A stretch of 57,330 nucleotides of DNA from assembly GCA_013416795.1 (NCBI GenBank), contig RQSC01000001.1, positions 228,605 to 285,934 on the forward strand, given 5' to 3'. Of the stretch, positions 41,165 to 52,400 are shown piece after piece; positions within the stretch are counted from its first letter, which is position 1, and the number at the start of each line of letters is the position of its first letter. The DNA is from Prasinococcaceae sp. CCMP 1430. Lineage: Eukaryota > Plantae > Prasinodermophyta. Under the pieces are notes generated by a model. The model searched no databases. It was not told where the DNA came from and saw only the letters and a program-made list of their open reading frames with translations. The position numbers were made by a program, and so were the translations under genes.

Positions 41165-41466
41165 ACGCGCGCGCACCGCAGCAGGAGGCGTCTCGCTGCT
41201 GCGCGCCATCTGCCCCCCCTCCCCCGCACCCACTCCCTACCCCTTCGCACCATCCGTGCGCTCCCCCCTTGAGCTGCCCCCCGCGCGCCCCGCCGGTGCG
41301 CGCGCGCGCGCGCGCGCGCGAGCGCACCCTCCATTTCGCAGACACACCTCCAAATCCTCACCCTTCCGCCCTTTACCAACGCTTTATGACGTTCACAATC
41401 GAAACCGTCGCAGTTCCAAATTGGCGTTCCCCCCGGCCGCCAGCCTCGGCGCGCGCCCCCGCCACG

Positions 41467-41666
41467 TCAGCGGGCGGCGCGGCGGGGCGGAATAAGGACC
41501 CTATGCGTACATACCCAAACATCGGTCACTTCAAACCCTAACCACGCAAACGAAACGGCCCAGGCCGAGGCCAGCTCGAGGCGGCCCCCCGGCGCGAGCC
41601 TGCGTGCGCGCGTTGTGTGTGTGCGCGCTCGTCGGTGTGTGTGTGTGTGTGTGTGTGTGTTGTGAG

Positions 41667-41712
<46 letters not shown>

Positions 41713-43250
41713 GTGCGCGTGCGCGTGTGTGTACACGTACGCGCGCGCGCGCGCGCGCGCGTGCACGTGTGCGTTCTCGCGAGCATTCGCGTTCTCTCTC
41801 TCGCGCGCGTGCATTACGTGTGCCACGCGCTCACGCGTCCGAGCCCTCGCCGGCCGCGGCCGCGGCCGACAGCGGCAGCACCTCCGCCTCCACCTTGGGC
41901 TCCTTTGATACCTCCGCCTTCGACTCCTTCGACGCCTCCGCCTCCGCCTCAGCCTCCGCCTCCGACCCCTCCGCAGCGGGCGCGATCGCAGGCGGTGGCG
42001 GCTGCAGCGGCGGCGCCGCCTGCGCCAACGACAGGTGCGTGCGAGAGAGCGCGTGCATGTACGCAGGCGCGTGTGTGTGTGTGTGTGCGCGCGCGTGTGC
42101 GTGTGCGTGTGCGTGCGTGTGCGTGTGTGCGTGTGCGTGCGTGTGTGTGAGCATGCGCGTATGCATGCATGTGCGGGAGTGCGCTCGCATGTGTGTGTGC
42201 ACTTTGTGCGTGTGTGTGCGCGCGCGCACGCGCGCGCGCGCGCGCGTGTCTGTCTGTGTGTCTGTCCGTGTTTGTGTGTGTGTCTGTGTGTGTGCGCGCG
42301 CGCGCAATTGCGCAGCCGCGCCGCCTCACCTGCTGCGGCGGGGCCCGCGTGTTCCCCGCCGCGCCCGCGCCCGCGCCCTTCCCCGCCCCCTCGGCGTTCG
42401 CGGCGCTGTCGGCCTGGCGGCGGTGCGGTGCCCCTGCGCGAGCAGCCGCTCGACGGCGCGCACGTGCTCCGCGCGCGCGTGCTCGGCGTCCTCGCGCAGC
42501 GCGCGCACCTCCGACTGGCGCGCGCGGCGCTCGCGCTCGCACGACTGCGTGGTGTGTGTGTGCGCGCGCGCGCGTGTGTGTGTGCGTGTGTGTGTGTGAG
42601 CAGCGAGGAAAAGTGCGTGTGTGTGTGTGCGCACGCGCGATGGCACGTGCGCGAGTTGCGCACCTCCCTGAGCTCGGGCAGCCCCTTCCCTACAGCGGCC
42701 TTGAGCGCGTCGACGCTCTCCTGCATCATGAGGAGGTGCGAGCGCAGCGCGCCCACCTCGTGCTCCACGGCGCCCACCAGCGCGTCCAGCTGCTCCTCGA
42801 GCCGGTCCTGCCGAAAGAGGCGTGTGCGCACATGCGCGTGTGTGCACGCGGGCGCGTGTGTATGTGTATGTGTGTGTGGTGTGTGTCCAGGCGGGCGCAC
42901 GCGCGCGTGCCGGCACCAAAGACTGTCAGCAGCGCATGCACACACACACACACACACACACAAGAGCACACAACCATACGTGCGACGCACGCACGCACGC
43001 ACGCGCGCGCGCGCTCGCCTGCCTGCACGCCGCGCGCACCTGCAGCGCGGCGACCGCTCTTGCGACCGCCGCATCGAGCTCGCCGTCGCCTCTGCCACCT
43101 CCATCGTCTCCGCCCTTATTACCTCCCCCTCCGCCTTCTCCTCCGACGCCTCCGCCGGCGTTGGCGTTGCTGCTGCTGAGCTGCCTGGCCAGGTCGGCGA
43201 CGCCCTCGCCGACGGCGGCGCGCACGCCGTGCGCGGCGGACGCGCGCGCC
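41467..43250 (-). CDS. Multi-exon coiled-coil / low-complexity protein, 5' end in gap; exons 43250-43040, 42807-42664, 42544-42330, 42019-41835, 41599-41467
   Basis: Canonical GT-AG junctions around G/C-ending exons (AVAALQ|DRLEEQLDAL...PELRE|SCERERR); the 215-nt exon has a 1-nt frame discrepancy. Confidence 0.6.
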
Positions 43251-43362
43251 NNNNNNNNNNNNNNNNNNNNNNNNNNNNNNNNNNNNNNNNNNNNNNNNNN
43301 NNNNNNNNNNNNNNNNNNNNNNNNNNNNNNNNNNNNNNNNNNNNNNNNNNNNNNNNNNNNNN
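43251..43362. other. Assembly gap (112 N)
   Basis: Run of N; two divergent genes lose their 5' ends here. Confidence 0.99.
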
Positions 43363-46303
43363 GCGGCCGCGGCCTCGGGCGCGCCCGGCGGCAACGGCGG
43401 TGCGGGAGGGTGGCTCGTGGGCGCGCTGGAGGAGGGCGACGGCGGGGACTGCGCGTGCGTGGTGACGGGCGCGCTGCGCGTGGATGGCGAGTGCGCAGGT
43501 GAGGGCGCGCGCGGGGGCGGATGCACACGCAGCACGTGCGTCTGTCTGTGTGCGGGCGTGCGTGTGTGTGCGTGTATGTGTGTGTGCGCGCGCGCGCGCT
43601 CGCGCGCGCTTGCGCCTACGCGTGCGTCGCGGCGAAGCTGCCTGCGTCTGTGCTGACGCGGCGCGAACGACGCCAGCGTCGCACGCAGAGCTCGCGGCGC
43701 TCCTGCCCGCGGGCATCGGCATCGTCGGCACGTACGGCTCGCCGCCCGCCGCGGAGCTCGCCCCCCCGGGCGCCACGCTCGCCGTCGCCGCCGAGCGCGA
43801 GGACGTTGCAGACGGCGGCGACGTCCACGTCCACTGGCGCGTGCACGGCGCCGACGCCGTCGCGGACGTGCGCGACGTACACGCCGTCAACAGCCTCCTC
43901 GCGCGCGAGCGCGTCGTATTGCGCGCGCGCGCCGAGCTGCTCCTGAGGCCGTCGTCCTCGCGCAGAGGAGGCGAGGGCGAGGGCGAGGAGGACGCTGTGG
44001 AGCGCGCCGAGGCGGAGGCTGTCGACGCCGTCAACACCCTCCTCGCGCCGCCGCTCGCTTTCGCCTTCCCCGAAGGTGCCGGCGAGGGCGAGGGCGCGGC
44101 GCCCGTGCTCGTGGACGTGGGCGCGGGCGCGCACGACGGCGCCGAGGGCCCCATCTGCGAGGACGTGTGCGGGCGCGGCACTGCGGCGCTGATGCAGCGG
44201 CGCGTGGCGAGCGCCGGCAACCTGCAGGTACGTGCATGCGTGTGTGTGTATGTGTGTGTGTGTGTCTGTGCGCGTGCGTGTGTGTGTGTGCGCATATTAG
44301 TGGTAGGGTGTGTGCGCGCGGGGGTGTGCGTACGTGTGCATCGCAGAGAGGTGGGCCCTATCGACTTCGGCGCTGACGTTGTACCGCGCCGCGCCACGCA
44401 ACGCCGCTTGTGCCTGCAAGCTGCCGGCCGCGCCCGTGCTGCACCTCCCCGCCGCCGCCGGCGCGTCGTCGAGCGCTGCCGCGTTCATGCCGGTGCGCCT
44501 CGACGCGCTGGCGTACGCACCGCGTGCGCTCCCGCTGGCGCGTGCGTGCGGCGAGCTGCTGTGCGGCGCGCTGCGTGCACAGGCGCGCGCCGCTGCCCGC
44601 GCCGCCGCAAGCAGGTACGTGTGTGTGCGCGTGCGTGCGTATGTGTGTGTGCGCGTGTGCACGTGTGCGTGTGTTTGGTTGTGTGTGTGTGTGTGCGTGG
44701 ATGTGCGTCCTCGAGACGTTGGCACCGCCGCTAGTACTGACGCAGTCGTGCGCCGCGCTCGTCGCCAGCGCGGCGCACGGCGCGCCCCCCGCTGCGAGGC
44801 ACTACATGCCGCCCGCGCACTGGCCGCACGCGCTCACGTTGCTGCAGTGCGTGCCGCCAACAGCCGCGGACGCCGCCAGGGCTGAGGACGCGCTTGCGCG
44901 CGAACGCGCAGCGTACCACGCGCTGCTGTGCCTGCCACTGGACAGGCCGCTGCTGCGCGAGGGCAATGCGCTGCGCGCGGTCGGCGGCGGGGGCGAGGCC
45001 GCGGAAGGGGGCGACGAGGGCGCCGGCGAGGGCGCGGCGCGGCTGGTCGACCCCCACGCGACGCTGAGCGGCTCGGGCGTGCGCGGTGGCGCCGTGCACA
45101 TGGTCAGGGGCAGTTACGAGTACTGCCACTACCTGCAGGACCGCTTCGACGACAAGGGGTGCGTGAGGGCGCGCTAGAGCGGGCGCGGCCAAAGGCGAAG
45201 GCGACGCCGCAGTCGGAGCGCGAGCGCGTGTGAGTGAGTGTGTGTGCGTGCGTATGTGTTGTGTGTGTGGGGGGGGGGGCGCCGACTGCGCCTGACGGCC
45301 GCCAAACCCCGCCCGCCATGCCTGGTGCCGCCGCAGGTGGGGCTGTGCATACCGCAGCCTGCAGACGATCGCCAGCTGGTTCCGGCGCGCGCACTACACC
45401 TCCGCGGCGCCGCCCGACCACGCCGCCATCCAGCGCGCGCTCGTGGACGTCGGGGACAAGCCACGCAGCTTTGTGGGCTCGCGGCAGTGGGTTGGCGCCA
45501 TCGAGCTCTCGTATGTGCTGGACAGGCTCTACGGTGTCAGCTGCCGCGTACTCACGGTGCCGCAAGGGCAGGTATGTGCATGCTTGGGTGCATGGATGTT
45601 TGCGTGTGTGTGCGTGTGCGCGCGTGCGCGCACGCGTGCGTGCGCGTGTGTGCGTGTGCTTATGCGCCCGACGTTCGCCTGACCACCTGCCTCGCAGGAC
45701 ATGTGGACCGACACAAAGTGGGCGCGAGACCTGTGCAGGCACTTCGACACCGAGGGCACGCCCGTCATGGTGGGCGGCGGCGTGCTCGCGTACACCATGG
45801 TCGGTGTGGACTTCAACGAGGTGCGCGCGGAGGGGCCATGGCGCGAGCGTGCGCATGCGCGCGAGGCAAGCACTCGCATGCACACACACGCGCGCGCGCG
45901 CACAAGCACACAAACACACACACGTACGCGCGCTCGCGCGCTCGAGAGCGTGGCTGCGGCGAAGCAGCCGCTGGCCGTGTGCCAGAGAGGACGTGAGAGG
46001 GTTTTGACTGACACAAGCGCTGCTGCTACCCACTGCCGGGGCCGCGGCGGCCGCGAACGGCACACGCGCGCGTGCGCGCACGCGCGCGAACACACGTACA
46101 CACGCCTTCAGGAGACGGGCGACGTCGCCTACCTCATTCTCGACCCCCACTACACCGGTGCTGACGAGGTGAAGCCAGTGCACGCAGGCGGCTGGGTTGG
46201 ATGGAAGCGCGGGTTGGACGCAAAAGGCGGCACCGGCGGCCTCGTGTTCGACAAGGCGAGCTTCTACAACTTGCTGCTACCGCTGAGGCCCAAGACCGTC
46301 TGA
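43363..46303 (+). CDS. UFSP2: Ufm1-specific protease, long form; exons approx. 43363-43498, 43689-44227, ~44349-44614, 44746-45158, 45337-45571, 45698-45820, 46112-46303
   Basis: Spliced DDKG|[10 protein letters not shown] (catalytic Cys), [21 protein letters not shown], plant-like [13 protein letters not shown]; one upstream junction does not close in phase. Confidence 0.92.
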
Positions 46304-46457
46304 TCGTAAGATGCAACATTACTCGTCTGAGTTTGCGCACGCGTACCCTCGCGCTCGCGTGCGCGCGTGCGTGTGTGTTTTTGTCTCTGTGTGTGTGTCA
46401 CATTACTCGTCGTCATATTAGTTGTTTGCGTCCGACCGCTCGGTCGTCGATGCTCAC

Positions 46458-49400
46458 TCACGCACTGGCGGCGTGCGGCAGACCGTACACGAGCATGTGC
46501 CTCTCGAGGAAGCGCGCGGGCGCCGCAGCGCGCGAGGCGGCCTCTGCAGCCCGCACGGCGCGCGCGACGCCGCCGCGGTCCCCGCCGCTGGGGTCAATCA
46601 GCGCCGGCAGGAGGTCGCGCAGCGCGGCGTGCTGCGCGTCGGCCGGCCACGCCGCGCGCGGCAGGACCACACAGCGTGCGCCGCGCGCAAGCAACAAGCT
46701 GGCGCTGGCGTGCGGCCCCTCCAGCGCGAGCAAATCGCTCTCCTTGCGACTATTGAGGTACATCTGCTCGCGCATGGCGTCGTCGTTTGAAGAGCGGTCG
46801 AGGAGCACGGCGAGCCCCAGCGAGGACAGGTCGAGTGCCGCAACGGACGCCGGCGGGAGGTGCGAGAGGAAGGGGCCCGGGCCGTAGAAGGTGAATGCCC
46901 CTGCGGTGTCGCGCAGCGCGCGCTGCAGCTCGCCGCGGCTGGGCGTGCTCTCCTCGGAACCCGTGAGGCCACTCCAGTGCTCAAGGGCCCCCGCCGCCGC
47001 CAACGCCTCCCGCGCGGGCGGCGCAGCCCTGCCTGGGGCGGCCGCCCACGAGGCGGTGTCCTGCCCCCGCGGATCAAACACGTACGTGCCGCGGGCCGAG
47101 TCAAACGCCGCCTGCGACTCGCCGTCCCCCGCACGGCGCGCGAGCGAGTACACCGACAGGTCGCGCGACACTGCACGCTGGCGCAACACGCCCAGCGCAG
47201 CATCGAGCGGCAGCGCCGACAGCATGCTGTCGGCAATGAGCACGTACGACGAGAGCACCTCCGAGTCGGCGTCGGCGTCGGGCGCGCGCGCGGTGGCGTC
47301 TGCGGTGCGTGCGGCACGCTCCAATGCGCGCACGACCTGCTCGCCGAGGAGCGCCTCCGTGCGCGCGAGCAACGACAGCCACTCGGCGTCGAGCGTCGCG
47401 TCTGCAAGCACGCGCGGGCGGGCTGACGTGCCCCGGTCGTCCTGAAGCTCGTCGATGCTGCCATCGGCACCTCGCCCACCCACGACCCCGACGTCAGCAT
47501 TCGCCCTTGCGTCCACTGGCGTACACTGTCCCGACCCCTCGGCGGGCTCCTGCCCGCCATCCTGGTCCGCCTGGCTGTCGGGCGTGCCTTGGTGGGCACC
47601 CACGCCCACGGCCTCGCCAGCCTGCACGTTTTCCACCACCAGCGCGCGGCGCATTGAGGCTGTCATCGAGCGCTCGCACCGCTCGAGCCATTTGTCATAA
47701 TCGGCCGAGAGCGAGGCGAGTGCGGCCTCGTCGAGCGGCGCGCGCGCCACCGTGGCTTCGAAGCCGTGCTCGGCTGCGTCGTCGTCTTCGGCGCCCTGCT
47801 TCGCCTTCGCAGGAGACAGGTGTGCCATGTACAGCATCCCTTCGCCGCTGGGCGCATGCAGGATCAGCACGCGCACGTCGGCGGGCAGCTTTGCGTCACT
47901 GAGCGCTGCCAGCGGCCTTGTATGAATGTCCATGACCGCCCACGTCGACTTGGACTGTGAGAGCCGTGTGGCGAAACGTGCCGCGAGAGCACTTGACTCG
48001 GGCCGCGGCATGCTCGCGACGCAGTGCTCGTGCAGGCGCATGGCCATCGCCTCGTTGTCGGTGGGTGTCGCGGCGGTCACGTAGAGTGCTAGCGCGTCAG
48101 CTCGCGCCACGACGCCTTGTGCCATTGCGAGCCACCCCGCAGCCGCCGCAGCATCACGCTTGCCAGATGCCGCGCAAAGCCGAAGAGCAGCAGGGCCCGC
48201 CACGCTGTACTCGCGCGCCCGCAACGCTTGCTCACATGCGTCGTCCAGAAGTGCCACTGCCTGCGACGCGGTGGCGGCGCCCATGGCACGCTTTGATCCC
48301 AACAGAAACTGGTGCCCAGCGTCGATCAAGACCTTGGACTTCTTCCACAGCCCGCGCGCTGGCGACTGCGAAGAGTCGGACTGCTGGGCATCGCCCTCCA
48401 CAGCGATGGCGGCAGCACCCCTCGCCTTTGCAGCGGCCTCGTCGACGCCTTGGTCATCCTCGCCGTCCGTGCCAAACTCGTTCTCCCCACCCATCTGCTC
48501 CTCCATCGCCTCGGCCTCGAGATCGGGCCAAGCGCCAGCCTCGCCATCTTCTGCGAAGCCAAACTTTGCGCGCATCTCGACGGCCGTGCGTAGGAGTGCC
48601 ATCCCGAGCTTTGAATTGCACCGCGCGGCGGCCGCCTCGCCGCGTCCGAGCGCCCTCGCATTGGCGGCGTGCGTGATAGCGGCCTCATCGCTAGACAGCA
48701 CCTGCGGAGGTGCACTCGTTGCCTTGATGCATTCGTCCAGAAATCGCCTCACCTCGCCAACATGTTCCTCCGCGCCCGACACGAACGGGAACGCCGGGCG
48801 CGCCGCCTCGAGGTCGGCCGCCTCCGCTGCTTGTGAGGCCTCCGACAGTTCCATGTGGACGTCGGCCAGCGCTGCCTCCACCCTGGCCAACAGGCGCTCC
48901 GCGGGCAGCGAGAGTCCACCCACCTCGCGCGAAGGCTTCGCTGCAGCGACCACCGAGGCAGCTTCCGTAGCCGCCGCAAGCAGCACGTCCCGCCTGCGCA
49001 GGAGCTGAGTGCGTGCCTTCCTGTGGTCACCAGCGAGAAGCGGTGCACCCGCGCCAATGGTCTTGGCAAGCTCGAGCTGGCACTCAACGAGCGGCGGTCC
49101 GCCGCCAAGAGATGCAAAGGCGTCCGCTGCAGCACTGAGCATGTCGACTCCCGCGGCAAGCTTGCTCAACGCACGCTTTTCGGCGGTCACTGGCCGCGTG
49201 GCGCCGTGTTCCGCGAAGCCTTTCCCCTTCGCCGTAATGAGGCGCCTGTCCGGCCTCTGGTCTGCGGCGTCCCTGAGCGCGGCGCTGACCAGCATACGCG
49301 CACATTCAAAAGCTAGCTCGGCCGCTGCGCGCCTGGCCGCGTGCTCGGCGTACGGCTGCTCCTCTGCCAGACGCTCAGCGGCGGCGGCCGCCTCGCGCAG

Positions 49401-52400
49401 GGCCTCCACGCCGAGGGCGTGCTCACCGATCGCGGCGCACGCTTCGGCGTACGCGACTGCAGCCTTGCGCCAGAAGAAGGTATCGCCACCTCCCGCAAGG
49501 GCTGCCTCCAAGTGCCTCACGGCGGCCCTCGCATCACCCTTGAGTAGCTCAAGCTCGCCCAGGTGGCACTCACACCAAGCGACGGTCGCGTGGTCGTCGA
49601 AAGCACGCGCGTTCTCGAGGCACTCGAGAAGATTCTCACGCGCCTCCCGCAGCGCACCGCGCCGCAGAAGGAAGCGCGCTCGCGCTAAGAAGGCCTCGCG
49701 CGGGGATGGTGGCTGGATCACCATCGTGCCTTTGGCAGCGTCGATGCGCACCTCGCGCGGGTCGCTCGTAGGCGTCGGACGGCCAAAGCGGTCGGCATCG
49801 AATGGTGTGGCACGACCGCCGTTGGTCATGTCCTTGATGGCAAGGCGAGCTCTGACCTCATCACGCCCGACTATGCGCTCGTCCGCAGTCACACTCAGCG
49901 GCACGGCGCGCGAGGCGTCGCACACGGCGTGCGTCGGCAGAGTGCTATTCTCGGCAGGCAGCAGAGAGTGCACTTCACGCTCGGTCTTCGTCAGCGCGTC
50001 GGCCTCAGTCTCAAGCGCCAACTCTGCAAGATCAAGCTCGAGCTGTTGCTCGGCGAGACGAAGGCGCCAGACCACCGCCGCGTGGTCGCTCTTCATAGCC
50101 GCATCGGCGACAAGCATTGCGGCGTGGGCGACGGGCACGCTGTGGAGGTGCAGCCCCATGTCACAGAGCATCGTCCAGAGCGCCTCGAGGTTGGCGAGGA
50201 GCAGCTCTGGACGGTCGAGAGACTGCGCGCTGATCACCGCGTCAGAGCTAGAGCTGAGAAGGGCCTCACGCGCAGCTGCAGGGAGCTTGAAGCGAGGCCA
50301 CGCCTCGGGCGTCGTAGGCACAACGAGCTCGCTCATCCCAGGTGTAGCGCCCGCCTTGGGCTTCGCAGCGAAAGCGGCTTCCTCTTCCGATGTGGCCATT
50401 GCGTCGGCGACCTCTTCGAGGCACTTCGTCAGCATGCCCACGCAGTAGTGATGCGCGAGAAGAACGAAGTCGGTGCGGCTCTTGGTATCAGTTGTCACGA
50501 CCGCGAGCGTGACCATCACACGCACGAGCAGTCGATAGTGCAGCGCGTTGAGCTGTTGAGGCCGCTGAATGGAGGGCACACTCATGCGACGATGGGGAAC
50601 CCCCAGGCGCGACGCTCGACGCGGTGAGCCACCCTGCGACCATCCTGAGCCCATTGCAGCATTGCCACTGTCGCCAACGGGGCTCTCACCATTTCCCCCT
50701 ATTTGTAACCTGCTGGGCGCGCGGCTTGGTCCGCGGCTGTGCGGTGTCGTGGCGCCGAAGCGGCTCTGCTGCCAAGGATGTGGCCCAGGCACGATGGTGC
50801 TGTCGTCAAAGCTGTGCGCGCGAGAGCGCGGCGTCTCGACGTTTTCCAGCGATGCCAAAATGCTCACCTGTGAGCGCGAGCGGCGCAAACGAGGGCTAGA
50901 AGCGAGGCTGCCCGTGCGCGCGTTTCGCGTCATCTTCATCAGCCTGTTCGAGCCATATTGATCGTCCTCGCCCTCGAGGTCGATAATCAGATCGGCGGCC
51001 GAGAGGAGCACGTCCTCTGCGTCGGCATGCGGCAGACCCGTGAGGTAGAGCCATTCAGCATAGTCGACCATGTAGTCGACGCGCAGCCACACCTTCTCCT
51101 TGAGGCATTCAATGGCCTTTTGGTACGCCGAGAGCTGCACCGTGCGCTTTGGCGACGCCTGTGCAAGGGTAAGCCATAAGCGCGCCTGCAAGCTCTCCTC
51201 ATAGTAATGCAGCTGCCCGAGCGAGCCCATCGCGTCCACGCCTAGCCGTGTCATGAATGCGATGCGATGCTCCCATAGCGCTTTGTGCGCGCTCGACGGC
51301 AGATTGCGAAAGGCCTCGTCCGCATACTTCGCTCCGTCCGACCAGCGCTTCTCACTCGCGAGGCACTCGAAGAGCAACGAGTACAGTCGAATGTAAAGTG
51401 GGAGATCGGGGTCTGTGTCAGAGATGTGACCGCCTTCCGACGCGAGACTCGCGAGGTGGGCGGTGCACCGCTCGAGGTACGGCGTGAGCACGCAGTGCGT
51501 GGCCTTCGACTGCGCGAACGGGAGTGCAGCGTTCCACAGCTGCCTCGCAGCGTACGTGACGAGGTCACGGCGGCCGGACGCCGCGCCATGCGCGCACGCG
51601 CGAGCGAGCCGTCCCAGTGCCCGGTTGCGCAGCGCGTCCTGGGCAGTGCGCGCCTGCACAGCCGGACTAATGAGCGCAACCAGCGCACGCCCGCACACGC
51701 CTTCGGCCACAGACAGCCAGTACGCGCAGCGCCCCTGCGCCGGCGCCTCGGATGAGTCGGCCCAAGGCCGAGTGCCAGGTTGCGGCGGCGCTGCGGCAGC
51801 AAATAGTGCGGCCGGGGCTGGCGCGAGTGCTGCAGCCCGCTCGCCGCACTCGATCGCCCTGTTGTAGTCACCCGCGTTGAGCGCGCCCGCCGCAAGTCGC
51901 GCCCATAGTTCCACATCGGTGCTCGCGGATGTCGAGTCTGCCAGCGCCTTGATGGCTGCCGCAACGGTCCCATGCTTGCGTTTCTGCGTGTCCTCCTTGC
52001 TCTCACCCTCATGTGGCAGCATTGAGAGGCTCTCAATCAGAGCCACGGCGCGGCTCTCCGAGTCTTCGTCCTCGCTGCCCTCTCTCCCGCCACTCTGCAG
52101 TGATTCGCTCGCAGCATCACCACCAGCCCAGCTGACTACTCGCGCAAGCGTCGCCACAAGTTCACGCTTGAGTTGCCCCTTGGACAGGGGCAATGCGGCC
52201 TTGCAGACCTCCTTGGCGCGTGCGAGGCGTTCGGAGGTCTGCTTGGTGGCTGACGCCTTCGCGAGAAGGTCCTTGTAGGGTGCGGGCGCGTTCACGCACT
52301 TGAGAGTGTCCGCATCATCCCACTCAATTTCCGCATCGTCACCGCGCGCAGTGGCCGCGGCCGCCTCTGCGAAGTGCGCGTGCTCGTGCGCGCGCGCGAG

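Larger units (their letters stand above)
41600..46400. repeat. (GT)n/(CA)n/(CG)n microsatellite-filled introns
   Basis: Long alternating purine-pyrimidine runs confined to introns and the 3' flank of two genes. Confidence 0.9.

Noticed and set aside
41467-44397. 976-aa ORF and the many His-Thr/Val-Cys/Ala-Arg repeat ORFs at 41.5-46 kb and 55-57 kb
   Set aside because: Translations of (CA)n/(GT)n/(CG)n intron microsatellites, not proteins.
42330-44746. Programmed frameshifting or pseudogenisation in the coiled-coil gene and UFSP2
   Set aside because: The 1-nt phase discrepancies lie in extreme-GC repeats near a gap; assembly indels or mis-chosen splice sites are more likely, and the UFSP2 catalytic exons are intact.
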